A stretch of DNA of 64,000 nt from Rhizodiscina lignyota. Taxonomy: Eukaryota. Where the stretch lies: contig ML978135.1 in assembly GCA_010015805.1 (NCBI GenBank), positions 372,001-436,000 on the forward strand, given 5' to 3'. Made by a program: the position numbers and the translations under genes. Each line of letters starts with the position of its first letter. The first letter of the stretch is position 1. Below are positions 61,086-64,000 of the stretch, piece by piece. The notes below the pieces were generated by a model. It saw only the letters and a list, made by a program, of their open reading frames with translations. It had not been told where the DNA came from and searched no databases.

Positions 61086-62844
61086 ATGGCGATAGAGAGT
61101 GGCCGTCTGCTACCTGTCGTGGTCGACGAGGTGGCACGCAAAGACCCCTCTAGAGTTTGGGCATCTGTTCCAAAGGAAGGCACCACTATCGCCAACGGTT
61201 TCCGAGACATTACCTTCAAGAATCTGGCCGCCGCAATCAACCACCTGTGTTGGCATCTTGGACCAAAGTTGGGCCAGAGCACGAATTACACAACTGTCGC
61301 ATACTTCGGTCCCGCTGATCCATCATGGCATATTGTCATGCTCTCACTTGCTAAGCTGGGTTTCAAATTGTTGTGCTCAGCTGGAAGAAATTCCTTGCAG
61401 ATGCACCTCAACCTCATGGAAGCAATGGATTGCCACATTATCTTGCATGCTCCGGGCCAAGACATCAAATTCATCGCCGACGCAAGACCCATGAGAGTCC
61501 TCGAGATTCCAAGTCTAATGGAACTGTTGAATTATCCAGTAGCGCCCGCGGAGTATTCTTTTACCAAGAAATACGAAGACATCAAGTTCGATCCTCTGGT
61601 GGTCCTGCACACGTCCGGCTCGACAGGAATGCCGAAGCCGATAGTCCTCAGATACGAATATTCTGCATCTGCCGACCGTATGTCCAGGCTCGAGCCTTTT
61701 GATGGAAGGATCACATGGTGCGAAGAATATAGTAAGCGGACCCGATGTTACATACCATTCCCTCCATGGCATGCCGCGGGGCTTCTTGTTCTTGGGGCAC
61801 ATTGGAGTATCTTTGGAGAGATGATACAAGTCTTTCATTCTCCGCATCTACCTCCAAATGCCGAGGCTGCCATGGGAGTAATCAAATACGGAAACGTGGA
61901 GAAGATGTTGTCACCACCATCACAACTGCAAGACCTTGTAGCTACTGAAGGAGGACTAGAGGCATTGAGCAAGCTATCCCGCGTTGGATTTGCAGGCGGT
62001 AAGAACTATAATGCTATTAATTGGCCTGATATTTTCTGTCGACTTGCTAACAAAATTGTTAGGTCCACTTGACACAGCAGCAGGAGACGCGATCTCTAAA
62101 TGTACAACACTGCACACCCTTGTTGGAACGACCGAAGCCAATATGCCTGGAGCTCAATACGTGGAAAATGATCATTGGAACTATACGTACTTCCGTCCTG
62201 ATGTTGGTGTAAACTGGCGCGATGTGGGCGCCGGAGTTTTCGAGCTCGTCCTCAAACGTGATTCGAAGTTCGACAAGTACTCATCAATATTCGCCACCTT
62301 CCCACAGCTGGATGAATTTTCGACCAGCGACCTTTACTCCAAGCATCCGACCGAACCGAATCTCTGGAAGTACGAAGGTCGAACTGATGACCTCATTGTT
62401 TTCGCAAATGCAGGCAAGCTCAATCCTCTCGCATATGAGGAGGCGCTTCGAACGAATCCACATATCAACGCCGCACTTGTCATCGGCAACGGCCGCAGAA
62501 ATCCATCCGTCTTGCTTGAACTTGCTGAATCCATTCCCACATCACTTGAGAAGATACTCGAGACAATGAGCAGCATCTGGCATACAATCGAAGCAGCCAA
62601 CGCGGTGTCGCCAAAGCATGGGATCATTTCGCGATCGCACATTCTTGTCGCAAGGCCCAACAAGCCATTCTTGCGCACATCGAAAGGGACAATCAGGCGG
62701 CAGGTGACACTTACGGAGTATAAGAATGAGATTGATGAGCTGTATACAAGTTTAGAGGAGCCGAGGCCTCTTATTGAGGCTATGCCGGCGGCAGAATCGG
62801 TTAATGGCGTTCACGAGTCGCGAGAGACTACGGTTGCAGCATGA
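61086..62844 (+). CDS. Stand-alone adenylate-forming enzyme (A domain of the fungal NRPS-like/CAR family)
   Basis: VLHTSGSTGMPKP (A3), FAGGPL after intron 61999-62062, GTTE, TSDLY, YEGRTDD and RTSKGTIRR (A10). No T or R domain follows. Confidence 0.9.
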
Positions 62845-63158
62845 GTTCAAACAAATTCAAGAGGAGATAACTTTTTCTTCATATGACCAATTTTAACTAA
62901 ATGCTGGTTTAAGAGTCGTCTATACCTTGCTTTCGGATATCCCTGTGTGGAAGTGCGGTCTATGCTTTACCACCGAGGCGTTCTGTGATAGATACGAAAC
63001 GTCATCTCCTTCAGCCATCCCTTTCTTCCACTAGACTAGTATACAAAGTGAAAGTTCATCCCGATATAGACCAAACGCCGTAGCTGCCCCTCCCCGAGCA
63101 TTATGAACTTCTGCTTATCAGTCGTCCTTTCTTCTTCGCAATAACCATTAGTAAAAGC

Positions 63159-64000
63159 TCAGAGACTCCTCAGTGTGTCTAGAACATCAAGCAATTGTGG
63201 CCGGACGAACTGTCGTCCCTGTCTTTCAGCACGCCTGTGCTCGTCAACTTTTGCAGTCAAAGCTTCTATGAGGTTCCGTTGTGCACTCCGGAAGCCTTTT
63301 TCTCGTGCCACCAAGGAATCCAGCCTGAGATCATATTTGTGACGCAGCCTCATGATATGTCGTTTAGCGATACCAAGTAGCTCTGCTGTTGGAGGTCCAC
63401 GAATAGTGGTGCGCCCCACTTCTGGACTTCCGTTATGCCCATCCTTCTGCATCTTCTGTTCCTTTTTCAATACGGTCCAATCTTTGATCCTGAAAATAAG
63501 ATTAATTTTGCTGCGGACCACTCCGGCATCGGGCATTGGCTTTTGCAACTCCATCTCGAGTTCGCTGTCGACCCTTGCGATAAAATCATGTGCTCCTTTG
63601 GGGAGGAAGACCGGCGAAATGGTCTGGGGCGGGAGTGAGTGGTCGTGCACGATCTCAAACAGGAAGTCGACCATATTGACTTGGAAACGAATGACGTGAA
63701 TGTTTACCGCGGCCTTGGGAAGCTGAGCACCGATTTGCTCCCCAAGTTTGTCAATTTGAGCCCACACCTTCGCTAGAACTCTTCGCGGGAAGAATTCCAT
63801 CTCGTAATCCAATTTCGTCGATTCGCCATTGGCTAAACGTCTTTGGTGTGGCGCAACGGTCGGCTGAGTGGAAGGCTTTCCCCGGTAAGAAACACTCTCA
63901 ACTTCCTTCGATTTGCGGCTGATCTTCCTGATGAAACGACGCATCTCCATTGTTAGCACGGTGTTTGGATTCGGCTGCGCAAGCTCGTCGTCAATCAGAT
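63159..64000 (-). CDS. Hypothetical protein, 3' part; frame open to the window edge
   Basis: The 266-aa ORF continues upstream without a stop (LIDDELAQPNPNTVLTME). No family was recognised. Confidence 0.6.
   Translation of the reverse strand, partial: LIDDELAQPNPNTVLTMEMRRFIRKISRKSKEVESVSYRGKPSTQPTVAPHQRRLANGESTKLDYEMEFFPRRVLAKVWAQIDKLGEQIGAQLPKAAVNIHVIRFQVNMVDFLFEIVHDHSLPPQTISPVFLPKGAHDFIARVDSELEMELQKPMPDAGVVRSKINLIFRIKDWTVLKKEQKMQKDGHNGSPEVGRTTIRGPPTAELLGIAKRHIMRLRHKYDLRLDSLVAREKGFRSAQRNLIEALTAKVDEHRRAERQGRQFVRPQLLDVLDTLRSL

Overview
Eukaryotic DNA from a filamentous ascomycete (Pezizomycotina), judged from short GT-AG introns with CTRAY branch sites, Zn2Cys6 regulators, GH47/GH105 genes and an AT-rich RIP-like patch. 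The window holds about 27 protein-coding genes. Housekeeping genes are an SH3/BBC1-like gene cut by the left edge, RTR1, a PCL/PHO80-type cyclin and class 2 DHODH. The accessory metabolic and detoxification genes include OYE, an alpha/beta hydrolase, a TRI101-like acyltransferase, an AKR, NmrA plus a TF, a P450 with its own reductase and a TF, three MFS transporters and a stand-alone adenylation domain. There are several gene relics: 3'-only GH3 and GH31 fragments, an ankyrin pseudogene carrying a tRNA-derived insert, and an F-box-like pseudogene broken by a 16-bp duplication. A fold-back MITE-like element is also present. The best candidate for an undescribed system is the cupin + DAL5-type MFS + signal-peptide-less GH105 trio (43.5-48.0 kb), possibly an intracellular pathway for unsaturated uronides. 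It sits next to a compact P450/CPR/Zn2Cys6 cassette. All family calls come from motif recognition by eye; no database searches were run, and splice coordinates are approximate.
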